From a virus, in the IMG/VR virus record IMGVR_UViG_3300047494_000104, positions 4,343 to 68,342 of that record: a stretch of DNA of 64,000 bases; one strand, given 5' to 3'. Every line of letters starts with the position of its first letter. Position 1 is the first letter of the stretch. A model generated the notes under the pieces. That model ran no database searches and was not told the DNA's origin. It saw only the letters and a list, made by a program, of their open reading frames with translations. This document shows, piece after piece, positions 48,103 through 58,608 of the stretch. The position numbers and the translations under genes were made by a program.

Positions 48103-48575
48103 TCACTTGGAAGCCCATCGTCGACGGCGAGGATCTGCTCATCGGCACGTTCGATGAGCCGGTGATCGCCAGTTGGTTCGGAGGGCCCGCAGATAGCCTT
48201 GACGACGGCCAAACCGCATCTGGCGTCGACAACACCAAGATGGGCGTCCGCGGCTGCTCCCTGCCCATGTGGAAGACGGCCAACGGCCACGAGGTTCCGC
48301 ACTGCGCTGACAGCCCGCTGGGCCCTATCCCGTGGAAGACGCTCATCACCGTGAACTCCATCACGCGCGGGCCGGGCGGGATCCATCTCGGCACTCAGGC
48401 CATCCTTGAACTGATCGATGTAGGGCCCGAGACCATTCCCCGAGATGGCGTCTCTTTGAATCGTCCCATCGATCTTTGCCCGCAATCGTTCATAAATCTT
48501 GGCGGAAACATTAAACAAGGCCTTTTGCCCGTCTTCTTTCGCATTCCCGGCGGCGCGCAATATCTACGAACATGA
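48099..48575 (+). CDS. RlpA-like double-psi beta-barrel protein, candidate endolysin
   Basis: ASWFG..D...TASG, LIDVGP, IDL. Confidence 0.65.
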   Translation: MITWKPIVDGEDLLIGTFDEPVIASWFGGPADSLDDGQTASGVDNTKMGVRGCSLPMWKTANGHEVPHCADSPLGPIPWKTLITVNSITRGPGGIHLGTQAILELIDVGPETIPRDGVSLNRPIDLCPQSFINLGGNIKQGLLPVFFRIPGGAQYLRT

Positions 48576-48790
48576 CAAAGCCCGCGCACGAAGAGATCCA
48601 GGTGAGGGCCTATTTCATTTGGCTCAAACGAGGCATGCGCCCAAACAACGCCCTCTCCGACTGGCTAGACGCGGAAATGGAATGCGAATATGAGCATCAT
48701 AGGATCAACGTTGCGCGTCGCTTGCCAAGCTCTTCGCGATCACAAGTGGCGCCGCCAATAAAGATTTCCAAATGGCCGCAAGTGTCCTAG
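48572..48790 (+). CDS. DUF2934-like protein
   Basis: EEIQVRAYFIW..RG......DWLDAE. Confidence 0.7.
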   Translation: MTKPAHEEIQVRAYFIWLKRGMRPNNALSDWLDAEMECEYEHHRINVARRLPSSSRSQVAPPIKISKWPQVS

Positions 48791-48800
48791 CTTTATCCGC

Positions 48801-49832
48801 ATGCACCAGCTCAAGTTCTTGGAGGAGCTGCGGGCGGTCAACATCACCTTGGAGAAGGACGTCCCCTACGTCGTCGAGACGCAAATGGTGGGACCATTTG
48901 CGATGGCGGTCAGCGGCAATATCGAGACGGAGCCGATGAAGATGGGGCGCCGCTACTACGACAACCCGAATAGCATCCTCATCATGCGCGCGGGCGGCGT
49001 CGGCGATATCCTCTTTCTCACGCCGGCATTGAAGGCGCTCCGCGAAAAATACCCGTCCGCGCATCTGGCCCTTGCGGCGAATCAAGATAATCACTGGATC
49101 CTGGAGGGGTCCGGCCTAGTCGATTCTCAAGTCGCGTTCCCCATCCGCGTGAGGGATCTCGCCCGATGGGATTGGCTCGTCCCCCTCGAGCACACGATCG
49201 AGCAGAATAACGGCGCCCATATCGTCGACATCTTTGCGACCGAACTGGGCGTGAAAGCCGATAGTCACAAAACGACTTACAAGCCATCGACGGATCTCGC
49301 CGAGTTTGATCGCGAACTGCCGAAACAGAGGAAACGCATCGCGGTCCAGTTCAAGGCGTCCACGCCGGTGCGAACCTATCCGCTGGTGTGGGCACTGAAG
49401 GATGCCTTGCTCGCCGCCGGATGGGAAGTGGTGATCTGTTGTGCGCCTGGCGGCCTGAAGATTATCACGCCGATTCCACATCTCCACAGCACCGGCATGA
49501 TGAACTGGAGCTTTCGAAAATCGATGGACTTCCTGCAGACGTGCGATTTCGTCATCGGGCCGGACTCGAGCATGATCCATTTTGCGGCCGCGCTGGGCAT
49601 TCCAGGCATAGGACTATACGGCTCATTCGATGCCAAGTTGAGACTGGAAGAAGCCGGATCGATCAAAGCCATCCAATCGCGAAGGGAATGCGATCTTGCT
49701 CCCTGCTTTTATCACAGTGGAATCGGCCTCCTTCCGTCCGACGGCCCATGCGATAAAGCTCGGATGTGTACTGCGCTGGCCGCGATTTCGATCGACGAGA
49801 TCATGGCGAAGATGTCGCTCATGGGTTTCTAG
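48801..49832 (+). CDS. Glycosyltransferase family 9 (heptosyltransferase-like)
   Basis: GGVGDILFLTPALKALREKYP, IGPDSSMIHFAAALGIP.IGLYG, C-terminal Cys cluster. Confidence 0.88.
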   Translation: MHQLKFLEELRAVNITLEKDVPYVVETQMVGPFAMAVSGNIETEPMKMGRRYYDNPNSILIMRAGGVGDILFLTPALKALREKYPSAHLALAANQDNHWILEGSGLVDSQVAFPIRVRDLARWDWLVPLEHTIEQNNGAHIVDIFATELGVKADSHKTTYKPSTDLAEFDRELPKQRKRIAVQFKASTPVRTYPLVWALKDALLAAGWEVVICCAPGGLKIITPIPHLHSTGMMNWSFRKSMDFLQTCDFVIGPDSSMIHFAAALGIPGIGLYGSFDAKLRLEEAGSIKAIQSRRECDLAPCFYHSGIGLLPSDGPCDKARMCTALAAISIDEIMAKMSLMGF

Positions 49833-49910
49833 AACTTTTTTACAGAGGAGAAATGCTCCTCATATGAAGAAAGTTCTTGGCATCGCGTGGAATTAGTTTA
49901 TTGGTAGCGC

Positions 49911-50099
49911 ATGGCCCAAAAGCTTCCTATGAAAAAGGTTCCGGCGAAAAAGAAGTTCACCGGATTCATGCTCCCTCTCACATTGACCGCCAAGATTCGC
50001 GCGCTCGCCAAAGGGCGCAATCGTTCCGAAAAGAAAGCGGGCTCTCGCCTCACGACCCAGAGCGACATCGTTGTCGAAGCTCTTCGCGCCCATCTCTAA
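49911..50099 (+). CDS. Small basic regulator (RHH-like)
   Basis: TQSDIVVEALRAHL; first gene of the replication arm. Confidence 0.5.
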   Translation: MAQKLPMKKVPAKKKFTGFMLPLTLTAKIRALAKGRNRSEKKAGSRLTTQSDIVVEALRAHL

Positions 50100-50157
50100 A
50101 AACAAAACCCGGTCGAGCGGACAAACGCTCGACCGGGTAAACAAAGGACCAATCCAC

Positions 50158-50601
50158 ATGAAGAAAACCACATCCGCCAAATCCCGTCAAGAAACAGATC
50201 GTGTCAAAGAACCTTCGCTACAGGAGCAGCTCGACCAAGCCAACGAATGGCTCGAAGAGTGTCGGGTAGCCATCAACAACGAGCGCCAGAAGTTCGAGTC
50301 CGATCTCGCCACCGCCAGGCAGGAGCGCATGTTCTGGTTCTGGATGTGCTACAATTACAAATTCCACCACACTGCGCTGAATGTCGCCGCTTCCGGCGCG
50401 ACGGCGGAACTTCTCCAGAATCTCGAGACGGCCACAATGGACATGCTTATGGCCCCGTCCGAGCCCGATAGCCGACCAACGCGCTCATTCCACCAAGACC
50501 AGATTCGTCACCGCGTGATTTTTGGAGCGCCCCAGCACCCGATGGCCGTCGAGGCTTGGTACGCGGATGCGGTAGGAACGCAAATCGTGGGAAAGAAATA
50601 A
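50158..50601 (+). CDS. Hypothetical protein
   Basis: RBS AAAGGA. Confidence 0.6.
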   Translation: MKKTTSAKSRQETDRVKEPSLQEQLDQANEWLEECRVAINNERQKFESDLATARQERMFWFWMCYNYKFHHTALNVAASGATAELLQNLETATMDMLMAPSEPDSRPTRSFHQDQIRHRVIFGAPQHPMAVEAWYADAVGTQIVGKK

Positions 50602-50602
50602 C

Positions 50603-51526
50603 GTGGACGACGTTATCCAGCTACGGCCGGTGGACCGCGCCTTGGCCAAGTTCGTAATCGTGCTCGCCTCCCGCACCGGAGACGGCAAAACCTACTCTGC
50701 GTTGCAGCTCGCTCTCGGGCTGGCCGACGGCAATCCGGAGAAGATCGCGCTGCTCGATGCTGAGAACCGGCGCGGTTCTCTTTACGCGAACGTCTTCGCG
50801 CCGAAGAAGTTTCTCATCGGCGACTTGGTGCCGCCCTTTTCGCCTGACCGCTACTGCCGCGCGCTGCGCCAGGTCGGTGAAAGCGGCTGCGAGGTCGCGA
50901 TCGTCGATTCCTACACGCACTCGTGGAATGGCGAGGGTGGCTGTGAGGACATCGCTAATCGTCCCAAGGCGGACGGTTCTCCGCGGAAGATCGCCGATTG
51001 GATCACGGCCAAGCGCGAGAACAAGAAGCTGGTGAACACCGTTCTTTTCATGCCGATGCACGTCATTCTGTGCGTGCGGGCTCAGGAAAAGATGGACTTC
51101 AAAGATCCTCAGCATCCGGTATCGCTTGGCGTTCAGCCCATCTGCGAAAAAAACCTCATGTTCGAGGCCACGATCAGCTACATGCTGCACGATGGTGGCC
51201 GGCGGCGGGAGAACCTGAAGCCGAACCGCGAGTTCGATGCCATCATGGCGCCTGGAGAATACATTTCGGCTGACCATGGCAAAGCGTTGCGCGATTGGAG
51301 CGGCGGATTCGATCCTCTCGAGCAGGCGCGGGCCGCGCTTCGACTCGGCGCCAGCCAGGGCATCGAAGGACTAAAATCCGCATGGGCCATGGTTTCGGCC
51401 GAGCGGAAAAAGCTGCTGACCGGATTCAAAGATTCGCTAAAGGAGACGGCCGAATACGCCGACAACGAATCTCGCCTCGCGTCCCTGCAACAGGAGAAAG
51501 AGCAGCAGGAAGAACCGCTCACATAA
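50603..51526 (+). CDS. Sak4-like AAA ATPase/recombinase
   Basis: TGDGKTYSAL, LDAENRRGSLYA, PPFSPDRY, IVDSYTHSWNGEGG. Confidence 0.85.
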   Translation: MDDVIQLRPVDRALAKFVIVLASRTGDGKTYSALQLALGLADGNPEKIALLDAENRRGSLYANVFAPKKFLIGDLVPPFSPDRYCRALRQVGESGCEVAIVDSYTHSWNGEGGCEDIANRPKADGSPRKIADWITAKRENKKLVNTVLFMPMHVILCVRAQEKMDFKDPQHPVSLGVQPICEKNLMFEATISYMLHDGGRRRENLKPNREFDAIMAPGEYISADHGKALRDWSGGFDPLEQARAALRLGASQGIEGLKSAWAMVSAERKKLLTGFKDSLKETAEYADNESRLASLQQEKEQQEEPLT

Positions 51527-51615
51527 ATGCACGTACTGGTCTGTTTAATTACGGGCTGGTTTATCGGGTTGCTCTCAAATCACCTAGAACGCCAAGTTCT
51601 TTTTAGCATCTACCT

Positions 51616-52899
51616 ATGAAAATCGTTTCCCTCAAAGCCGACAACATCCTTCGAATCAAAGCTATTTTTGTGGAGGCCAACGGCAAGTCCGTCACGCTCT
51701 CCGGCAAGAATGGATCCGGAAAAACGTCCGTCATGCGGGCGATCACCATGGCGCTCGCCGGCGCCGACTCGATCGCGGAGCAGCCGATTCACGGCGACGA
51801 GGAGTTTGCTCGCGTCATCCTCGACTTGGGCGACCTGATCGTCACCCGCACGTTTGAGAAGGACGGCAACAAGACGACGCTCAAGGTCACGTCGAAGGAA
51901 GGCGCCGTCTTCCCGACGCCGCAATCCGTGCTCAACAAACTGTGCGGGAAACTCAGCTTCGACCCGCTCGAGTTCGCCCGCATGGGACAATCCGATCCGG
52001 GCAAGCAGCTCAAGACGCTGAAGTCGCTCGTCGGGCTGGACTTTTCCGAGTTGGACATGAAGCGCCAGGGTCTCTTCGACGAGCGCACGATGGTCGGCCG
52101 AGATGTGAAGGCGGCGGAAGCCAAGGTCGCCGGCAAATCGATGATGCCTGGAATCCCCGATGAACCTGTGAGCGTTTCGGACCTGATGAAGGAACTGCAG
52201 GAAGCGGAGGCGCGCAATCGCCAAGTAGACGAGGCGGCCTCGTCATTACGTAATGACGAGGCCAGCCTTCAGGCGGATCGGCAGGCGCTTGCTGCCACAA
52301 AGGCCGAGATCGCTGCCACCGAGGCGAAGCTGGCCGAATTGAAGAGCAAGCTGGAGGCCCAAGTGACGGCCGGCAAGTCGAAGGTAGCGGCAATTCAAGC
52401 TCGGGCCGAGACGGTTGCCGGCATGAAGCGTGTGGACGTTTCACCTATTAGGCAAAAAATCACCAACTCCGAGGCGACCAACGCCGACATTCGGGCGAAT
52501 ATTCAGCTCAAGGCAGATCAGGCAAATCTCGAAAAGTATATCGCGAAGTACGACTCGCTGACTGATCAGATCACGGCCATCGACGCGGACAAGCAGGCGC
52601 AACTGAAGGCGGCAAAGTTCCCGCTCAAGGGCCTCGGCTTTACCGATACCGGCGTCACGCTCGACAACATTCCGTTCGATCAATGCTCCACCGGCGATCA
52701 GATACGGGCGTCCGCGGCGATCGGCATGGCTTTGAATCCCAAATTGCGCGTGCTGCTCATCCGCGACGCCTCCCTGCTCGATAAGGCCGGGCTGGAGATC
52801 CTCGCGAAGATGTCGCACGAGAAAGACGTACAATTGTGGTTGGAGTCGGTTTCTGATTCCGATGAGGTCGCGGTTACCATTGAGGGAGATGGAAAATGA
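51616..52899 (+). CDS. SMC/Rad50-like ATPase
   Basis: SGKNGSGKTS, long coiled coil, STGD signature, LLIRDASLLD. Confidence 0.85.
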   Translation: MKIVSLKADNILRIKAIFVEANGKSVTLSGKNGSGKTSVMRAITMALAGADSIAEQPIHGDEEFARVILDLGDLIVTRTFEKDGNKTTLKVTSKEGAVFPTPQSVLNKLCGKLSFDPLEFARMGQSDPGKQLKTLKSLVGLDFSELDMKRQGLFDERTMVGRDVKAAEAKVAGKSMMPGIPDEPVSVSDLMKELQEAEARNRQVDEAASSLRNDEASLQADRQALAATKAEIAATEAKLAELKSKLEAQVTAGKSKVAAIQARAETVAGMKRVDVSPIRQKITNSEATNADIRANIQLKADQANLEKYIAKYDSLTDQITAIDADKQAQLKAAKFPLKGLGFTDTGVTLDNIPFDQCSTGDQIRASAAIGMALNPKLRVLLIRDASLLDKAGLEILAKMSHEKDVQLWLESVSDSDEVAVTIEGDGK

Positions 52900-53466
52900 C
52901 CATCGAACTGAATAACAGTACTCGCGCCGAAGTCATGCCAAGCGTGAGAAATAGCCTACTGATCACGCAGGTCCGGGACCTTATCAGCTACAAACCTGGT
53001 TCCGAGCCTCAAGCGCATCCTCACTCGGTAATCCTTGAAAAAGAAGCGGCCCACAAACTGATGACCTTCCTTCAGCAGGTATTTTCCGAGGAAGTTGCCG
53101 TCACGATCGAGGGAGAGGGCAAATGAGCAAATCCAAAAGGCTGGCGGAAAAGAAAGCTCGAGCGGAAATTAAAAAGGAATTCCTTGAGAAAATCATGATC
53201 ACTGCCTCGAATGCCGTCGACGATTTCGACATATTGGGCTTAGAACGTCCTTACGCTTGCGTGAGCCATTCCTGCGGCAAAAGAGCAATCGTGTTTAGTA
53301 TATCGCGCGGAGGCGACGAGTGCGGGTACCACGAATTTACTGCGGGAGACTTCCTGAAAGATGTGGGCCAATTCGTAGATAGTGAAGACAAGATATTAGC
53401 AAAAAGGTGGGCCTCCTTCGCAAAACAACTAAGAAAATCGGCCGCTGAAATTGAATCTTTCCTTCC

Positions 53467-54285
53467 GTGAACCAGATCATCAAAGGCATGTCCGAAGAGA
53501 CATACTCGAGCCGCAACGATTACGTGCGCTCCTCGCTGCTGAAGAAGGTGCTGACCGAGCCTCTTTCCACGGTGAAGTGCATCATCGATGGCACGATCAA
53601 GTTTCAGTCCGACGCGATGAAGATGGGAACCGCTTTTCACGCCTTGATGCTCGAGGGCAAGAGGGATTACGTCGTCAAGCCGGAAGAATATGGCTACGGC
53701 CACAAGTGGACCCGGCGCGCGAAATATTGCGCCGACTGGGAGGACAAACAAACGCTTCCAGTCGTCAGCGCGCGAGAAGTGGAAAGTCTCGAGGGAATGG
53801 TTAAAGCGGTCCACGCCCATCCTGACCTGAAGCCCTACCTCAACGGCCAGTGCGAGCTGTCCATTTTCGTCGACAAGATCGCCAAGCTGAAGTGCCGAAT
53901 CGATCTGCTGCCCCGGGATCCAGATGCGCCCGTGATCGACTTCAAAAAGACTCGGAGCGCCGACCCCGTCGAGTTTACGAAGCAGCTCTTCGACATGAAA
54001 TACTACCTCTCGGCGGCCATGTATTTGGACATCTTGCGGGCCGTGGACATCGTGCGCCGCGAGTTCTGGTTCGTCGCGATCGAGGAACATTTCCCCTACA
54101 ACATTTGGATCTGCAAGATGGTTGACCGCCCGATCGGCTTTCTCGATGCCGGTCGGCGTGAGTACAAAGCCGCCTATCACACGCTGATGCGCGCGATGCA
54201 GACCAACGAATGGCCAACTTACAGGACGTCAGAACCCGAAGAGCACATGACGGCCTGGATGCAAAGTGCTCTCGAAAACCAATAA
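53467..54285 (+). CDS. RecE/Exo VIII-like PD-(D/E)XK exonuclease
   Basis: SSLLK, MGTAFHALMLE, KCRID, IDFKKT, FVAIE. Confidence 0.88.
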   Translation: MNQIIKGMSEETYSSRNDYVRSSLLKKVLTEPLSTVKCIIDGTIKFQSDAMKMGTAFHALMLEGKRDYVVKPEEYGYGHKWTRRAKYCADWEDKQTLPVVSAREVESLEGMVKAVHAHPDLKPYLNGQCELSIFVDKIAKLKCRIDLLPRDPDAPVIDFKKTRSADPVEFTKQLFDMKYYLSAAMYLDILRAVDIVRREFWFVAIEEHFPYNIWICKMVDRPIGFLDAGRREYKAAYHTLMRAMQTNEWPTYRTSEPEEHMTAWMQSALENQ

Positions 54286-54796
54286 ATAACCTATGAACGA
54301 AACCCTACTCCCAACCAACGAAAAAGAGCGCAAAGAACTATCATTCCTGCTCACCCTAGTTTTCACCGGCATTTACATCTTCAAGCGCGGCGGCGATATG
54401 ACTCCGATCGATGTGGTGCGTAACGCCCGCTCGTGCGCCGTTGAAGTTACCGCTTTCTCTAAGGATCTCGACCTGAATTAATATGAACATCCCAACCGAA
54501 ATCACCAAACACATCGAAGAACAAGCCGAAGTAAAGGCCAAGAAACGTGCGCTCGAGGCAACCAAGATCCTGGCCGAAGAGGTCACGGCCCGCGGCGACC
54601 TCAACGTGCCGGCGCCCAACGGTGGCGTAATCACGATTAACGGCGTGTGGCTCGAGCAGCTTCAAGCCTCGATCATCAATTCTTCCCGCGACCACTTTCA
54701 GAAGATCGAGCTCGATGCGTTTCTGGAGCAGGCTGACGCCGCCCTCGCCGGGCTGAAGCCGAAGAAGTAAGTATCACTATCAACAAAGGAACCAAC

Positions 54797-55417
54797 ATGC
54801 CCACTATCCCCGAAAACTATAAGCCCACCACGAAGCCCTGCTCGCAACAACTCCGGTATCAATTCAACGACGCCGAGCTGCTGGAGCGCGGCAAGAAACT
54901 TGCCGAGACCAACCACAAGCTGGCCGAGATCAAGAACGACAAAGCCCGCGTCGTGAAGGACTACTCCGCTAAGGAATCGGCCGTCACCGCCGAGGCCGTC
55001 AGCCTTTCCGGCATGGTCAGCACCGGCTACGAGGTCCGCGAGATCGCCTGCACCGCGACCATGGACACGCCGAAGATCGGCCAGAAGCGCATCACGCGCG
55101 ACGATACCGGCGAGGAAGTCGAGATCCAGCCGATGACGCCGTCGGAGAACAACGAAGCTCAGGACGCGCGCGCCAAGGCCGAGTACGACCTGAAGAACCC
55201 GGTGCTGGATCTCGAAGAGCCGAAGAGCGACGAGCAGCACACCGCCGAGGCCAACGAGAAGCACGATCCGGAGAACACGTTGCCGGAGAAGGACGACGAG
55301 CCCAAGGAAGGCGAGGGCGAAACCCTTTCCGAAGAAGAGCAGGCTGAGCTCACGGGCGCCAAGCCGGACAAAAAGAAGAAGGGCAAGAAGTCCACGTCTC
55401 CTGGCGACGATTTCTAA
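54797..55417 (+). CDS. Hypothetical acidic protein
   Basis: RBS AAAGGAACC; RDDTGE motif; strong codon bias. Confidence 0.7.
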   Translation: MPTIPENYKPTTKPCSQQLRYQFNDAELLERGKKLAETNHKLAEIKNDKARVVKDYSAKESAVTAEAVSLSGMVSTGYEVREIACTATMDTPKIGQKRITRDDTGEEVEIQPMTPSENNEAQDARAKAEYDLKNPVLDLEEPKSDEQHTAEANEKHDPENTLPEKDDEPKEGEGETLSEEEQAELTGAKPDKKKKGKKSTSPGDDF

Positions 55418-55675
55418 TCAACCGTGAGACTCTTCCTCGTAATCCTGGCCGCGATTGTTGGAGTGGAGGGGATCGTCCATCTGGCGCTCGATCTCTGGTT
55501 CCTCTTCAATCACGTCTCGATAACCATCAAATAATTTGCGGCTCCGCTGGCTAAAACGTCCGGCCTCTTGTGAGGCATGGTCGGTTCCGAATATCAAATA
55601 AGGAACTTGGCGGATCAACCGTAAACGTAGTCGGTCGGATTGGTGTTTGGCCGACTACGAATCACTTTCAAAAAT

Positions 55676-56134
55676 ATGAGCGTAATGATCAAATTCACGC
55701 TTCCCATCACCCCTCAGACGATGCAGAGCGAAAACCGCATTCGTCACATTCCGGCAAAGGGAGGTAAACCTGCGATCAGCCTCATATTCTCCACGGCGAA
55801 GAAGAAACAATATCTGATGGATATTGCCATGCTGGCTAAGCCCCACGCGCCCCGCGAACCATGGCTTGGCCCAATCCATCTCGAGATCCTATTCGTGCTG
55901 CCCAGGCCCAAGTACGCGATGGCAAAGAGCTATGACGACGGGCTCATCTGGGCCCCGGTCAATCCGGATGAGGATAATCTGTCAAAATCATCGGTCGACG
56001 GTCTATCGAAGGCCGGGTTTTGGAAAAACGACGCGCAGATCGTGCGCAAAAAGATCCGCAAATGCTTCGCCGAAAAGACCGGAATGGCGCGCTTCGAGAT
56101 CGCGATCGAGGAATTGGGAGGGCCGCTGTTGTGA
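55676..56134 (+). CDS. rusA: RusA-like Holliday junction resolvase
   Basis: PRPK, PDEDNLSKSSVDGL, WKNDAQIV. Confidence 0.85.
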   Translation: MSVMIKFTLPITPQTMQSENRIRHIPAKGGKPAISLIFSTAKKKQYLMDIAMLAKPHAPREPWLGPIHLEILFVLPRPKYAMAKSYDDGLIWAPVNPDEDNLSKSSVDGLSKAGFWKNDAQIVRKKIRKCFAEKTGMARFEIAIEELGGPLL

Positions 56135-56803
56135 AAGTGCGCCTCATCAAAAAGCTTCCCGGTCTCAGCCAGCACGTCAAAGAAGGCGAAGAGCTGACTG
56201 CAACCAAATGTACGCACGTTAAGGGCTGCTTCAATCTTTTTAGGGACCACGTTCCCGTCGAATGGTGCGTGCCGGCCGAATACCTCGAGGAGATCAAGTG
56301 ACGCCAGCGCAACGGCAAACCAACAGCGCGCTCAAATGGCTGAAGGAATCCGTGAAAGATGCCTCGTCGATTGCGAAGTTGATCGAGGAATTCTTGGCTT
56401 CTCCAGCCTCGGCTGATATGCCTGCGAGCTCAGCTGCCGCAATCGAAGGATTCGCTGTCGCTCTTCGCAAATCAGCGAAACGCTGCGCCTACCACGGCTT
56501 AGGCATGAGCGTCCAAGAACTTTTACCACTCAAACCAAAGGAATAATATGAAACTCACTCCCACTGAGGTCGTCGCCTTAATAAATGAAATTGAATCAAT
56601 GCGGGACGATCTGACGCAGGCCGAGGAAAAACTTCTGAGGTCGCAGGGCTGGGAGTATAAGACATCTCCTATCGATTGCTGCTGGTATTGGTACAAAGCG
56701 ATCGACGGCGTTCTTCATGCCGCCGACTCACACATCGCTCTTCGCTGGGCAATACGGGAATTTCAGGACTCGCACCAAGAACTGTACGACGAGGTAAATT
56801 GAG

Positions 56804-57310
56804 ATGACTCTCCTGCTCACATTTAAGACGTCGGTCGTCTGCTGCGCGCGCTGCCAGCAGGATCATCTTGATCTGGAATTCCGAGAGCTCAATAACCCTG
56901 GGGAGATCAAGGCATCGCACTGGGCATTGTGTCCAACGAATGGCCAGCCGATCTTGCTGCGCATTTCCAAGGATGGAGCCAGGCGCGTGAATATACCCAA
57001 ATCTGATCCGCGTATCGGCGCCGCGTTCGATCGCTTCTGGAATGCCTATCCCCGAAAGATAGCCAAGCCTCACGCATTCAGTTCGTTCACCTCGGATATG
57101 GTGGACAAGATCGAAGACATCCTCGAAGCGATTCGGATCCAGCGCACATTGCCGGCTTGGACTAAAGACGGCGGCCAGTTCATTCCACATCCCGCTACGT
57201 GGTTGCGCGCCCGCCGATGGGAAGATCAAATGCATGTTGCCAATCCGCCGTCCCGCCAACTTCGCACCGCTCCAGGCCAATCCGTGGCCGACATCAGGAA
57301 CCGCAAATGA
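56804..57310 (+). CDS. Replication initiator-like protein (C-terminal domain)
   Basis: FDRFWNAYPRKIAK, FIPHPATWLRARRWED. Confidence 0.75.
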   Translation: MTLLLTFKTSVVCCARCQQDHLDLEFRELNNPGEIKASHWALCPTNGQPILLRISKDGARRVNIPKSDPRIGAAFDRFWNAYPRKIAKPHAFSSFTSDMVDKIEDILEAIRIQRTLPAWTKDGGQFIPHPATWLRARRWEDQMHVANPPSRQLRTAPGQSVADIRNRK

Positions 57311-58608
57311 GCGAAGAAGAGCTCATGCCCCAGGCGCTTTACAGCGCCGAAGCCGAAAGGGCCGTGCTCGGCTGTATGTTGGCGCAACCTGGAGAAGTAA
57401 TCGTAGAAGTGGTGGAGCATCTCATTAAGGACGACTTTTTCGTACCGGCCCATCAAGAGGTTTATGCCGTGCTTCGCGACATGGATTCGGCGAAACAGCC
57501 CATCGATGTTATGACCGTGCATCAGTTGCTCACGGATCGAAAGCTCGAAAAAGAGGTCGGATCCCCGGGTATTCTGGCGGAATTGCTCACCGGCTTCGCC
57601 ACGCATCTCAATGTCGGCTCCTACATCAAGATCGTTAAGGACAAGAGCGTTCTTCGGGAGCTGCAACGCGTCTGCACCTTAATCGTTCGGGATATTGTCG
57701 ACATGCCCGATTCAGTTGCATCGGTGCTCGATCGCGCGGAGAGCCGGATCATGGCGATTACCAATCCGCGCGGTGACTCACAGATCATGGACGCGCGGGC
57801 CGCGTGCCAAGATTTCAGACGCTATCTCGAGGAAGTAGAGAAGGGCGAAACCGTTCCTTTGCTGCCCACCAAAATCAAACCGATCGATGATCTGATAGGA
57901 GGATTACCATGTCCCGCTTACTTCGTAATTGCCGGCCCCCCTGGTGGTGGAAAATCCGCCATGATGATGACCCTACAGGAGAACTGGTCAAGCGACGGAA
58001 TCGGAGTTGGAATCTTCAGCCTCGAGATGACGATGCGAAAGCTAATGCAGCGCCGGGTTGCTCGCGTCGCCCGCATGAACAGCCGGCTCATGAATTGGCC
58101 TTTGGACGAGATCGCAAAGCTCGAGGTCGAGAACGCTTTGGGCCACATTGAATCAACACCCTTTTGGATAGATCCCACCAGCAACCTCGCGCCGTCTGAT
58201 CTACGATCGCGCACTCTGAAGATGGTTCAGATGGGCGCCAAGGTGATCATTCTCGATTACGTGCAACTGCTTCGCGGATCCAGCGACCGCGACCGTCGTG
58301 TCGACCAGCTCACCGAAGCATCGCGCATGATCTCCGTCATTCAAAAAGAGCTTGGTGTGCTCTTTATTGGATTAGCCCAAATCACGCGCGATGCCCAAAA
58401 AAAGGGCGATTACAAAACATTCGATCTCGCCGATTGCGCCGCGATTGCCAACGACGCGCGCGGGATTCTATTTCTTGAGCAGGACGACAGCGTTTCCGGA
58501 GCCCAAGACCATGACATTCCTCTTATCGGCCGCTTTGCCAAGATGTCGGACGGCCCGGCCGGAGACGTTCGCCTTTCATTCAACAAACTCACTCAACAAA
58601 TATCGTGA
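57307..58608 (+). CDS. dnaB: DnaB-like replicative helicase (divergent)
   Basis: EAERAVLG, DFFVPAHQ, AGPPGGGKS, FSLEM, ILDYVQL, LAQITR. Confidence 0.88.
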   Translation: MSEEELMPQALYSAEAERAVLGCMLAQPGEVIVEVVEHLIKDDFFVPAHQEVYAVLRDMDSAKQPIDVMTVHQLLTDRKLEKEVGSPGILAELLTGFATHLNVGSYIKIVKDKSVLRELQRVCTLIVRDIVDMPDSVASVLDRAESRIMAITNPRGDSQIMDARAACQDFRRYLEEVEKGETVPLLPTKIKPIDDLIGGLPCPAYFVIAGPPGGGKSAMMMTLQENWSSDGIGVGIFSLEMTMRKLMQRRVARVARMNSRLMNWPLDEIAKLEVENALGHIESTPFWIDPTSNLAPSDLRSRTLKMVQMGAKVIILDYVQLLRGSSDRDRRVDQLTEASRMISVIQKELGVLFIGLAQITRDAQKKGDYKTFDLADCAAIANDARGILFLEQDDSVSGAQDHDIPLIGRFAKMSDGPAGDVRLSFNKLTQQIS

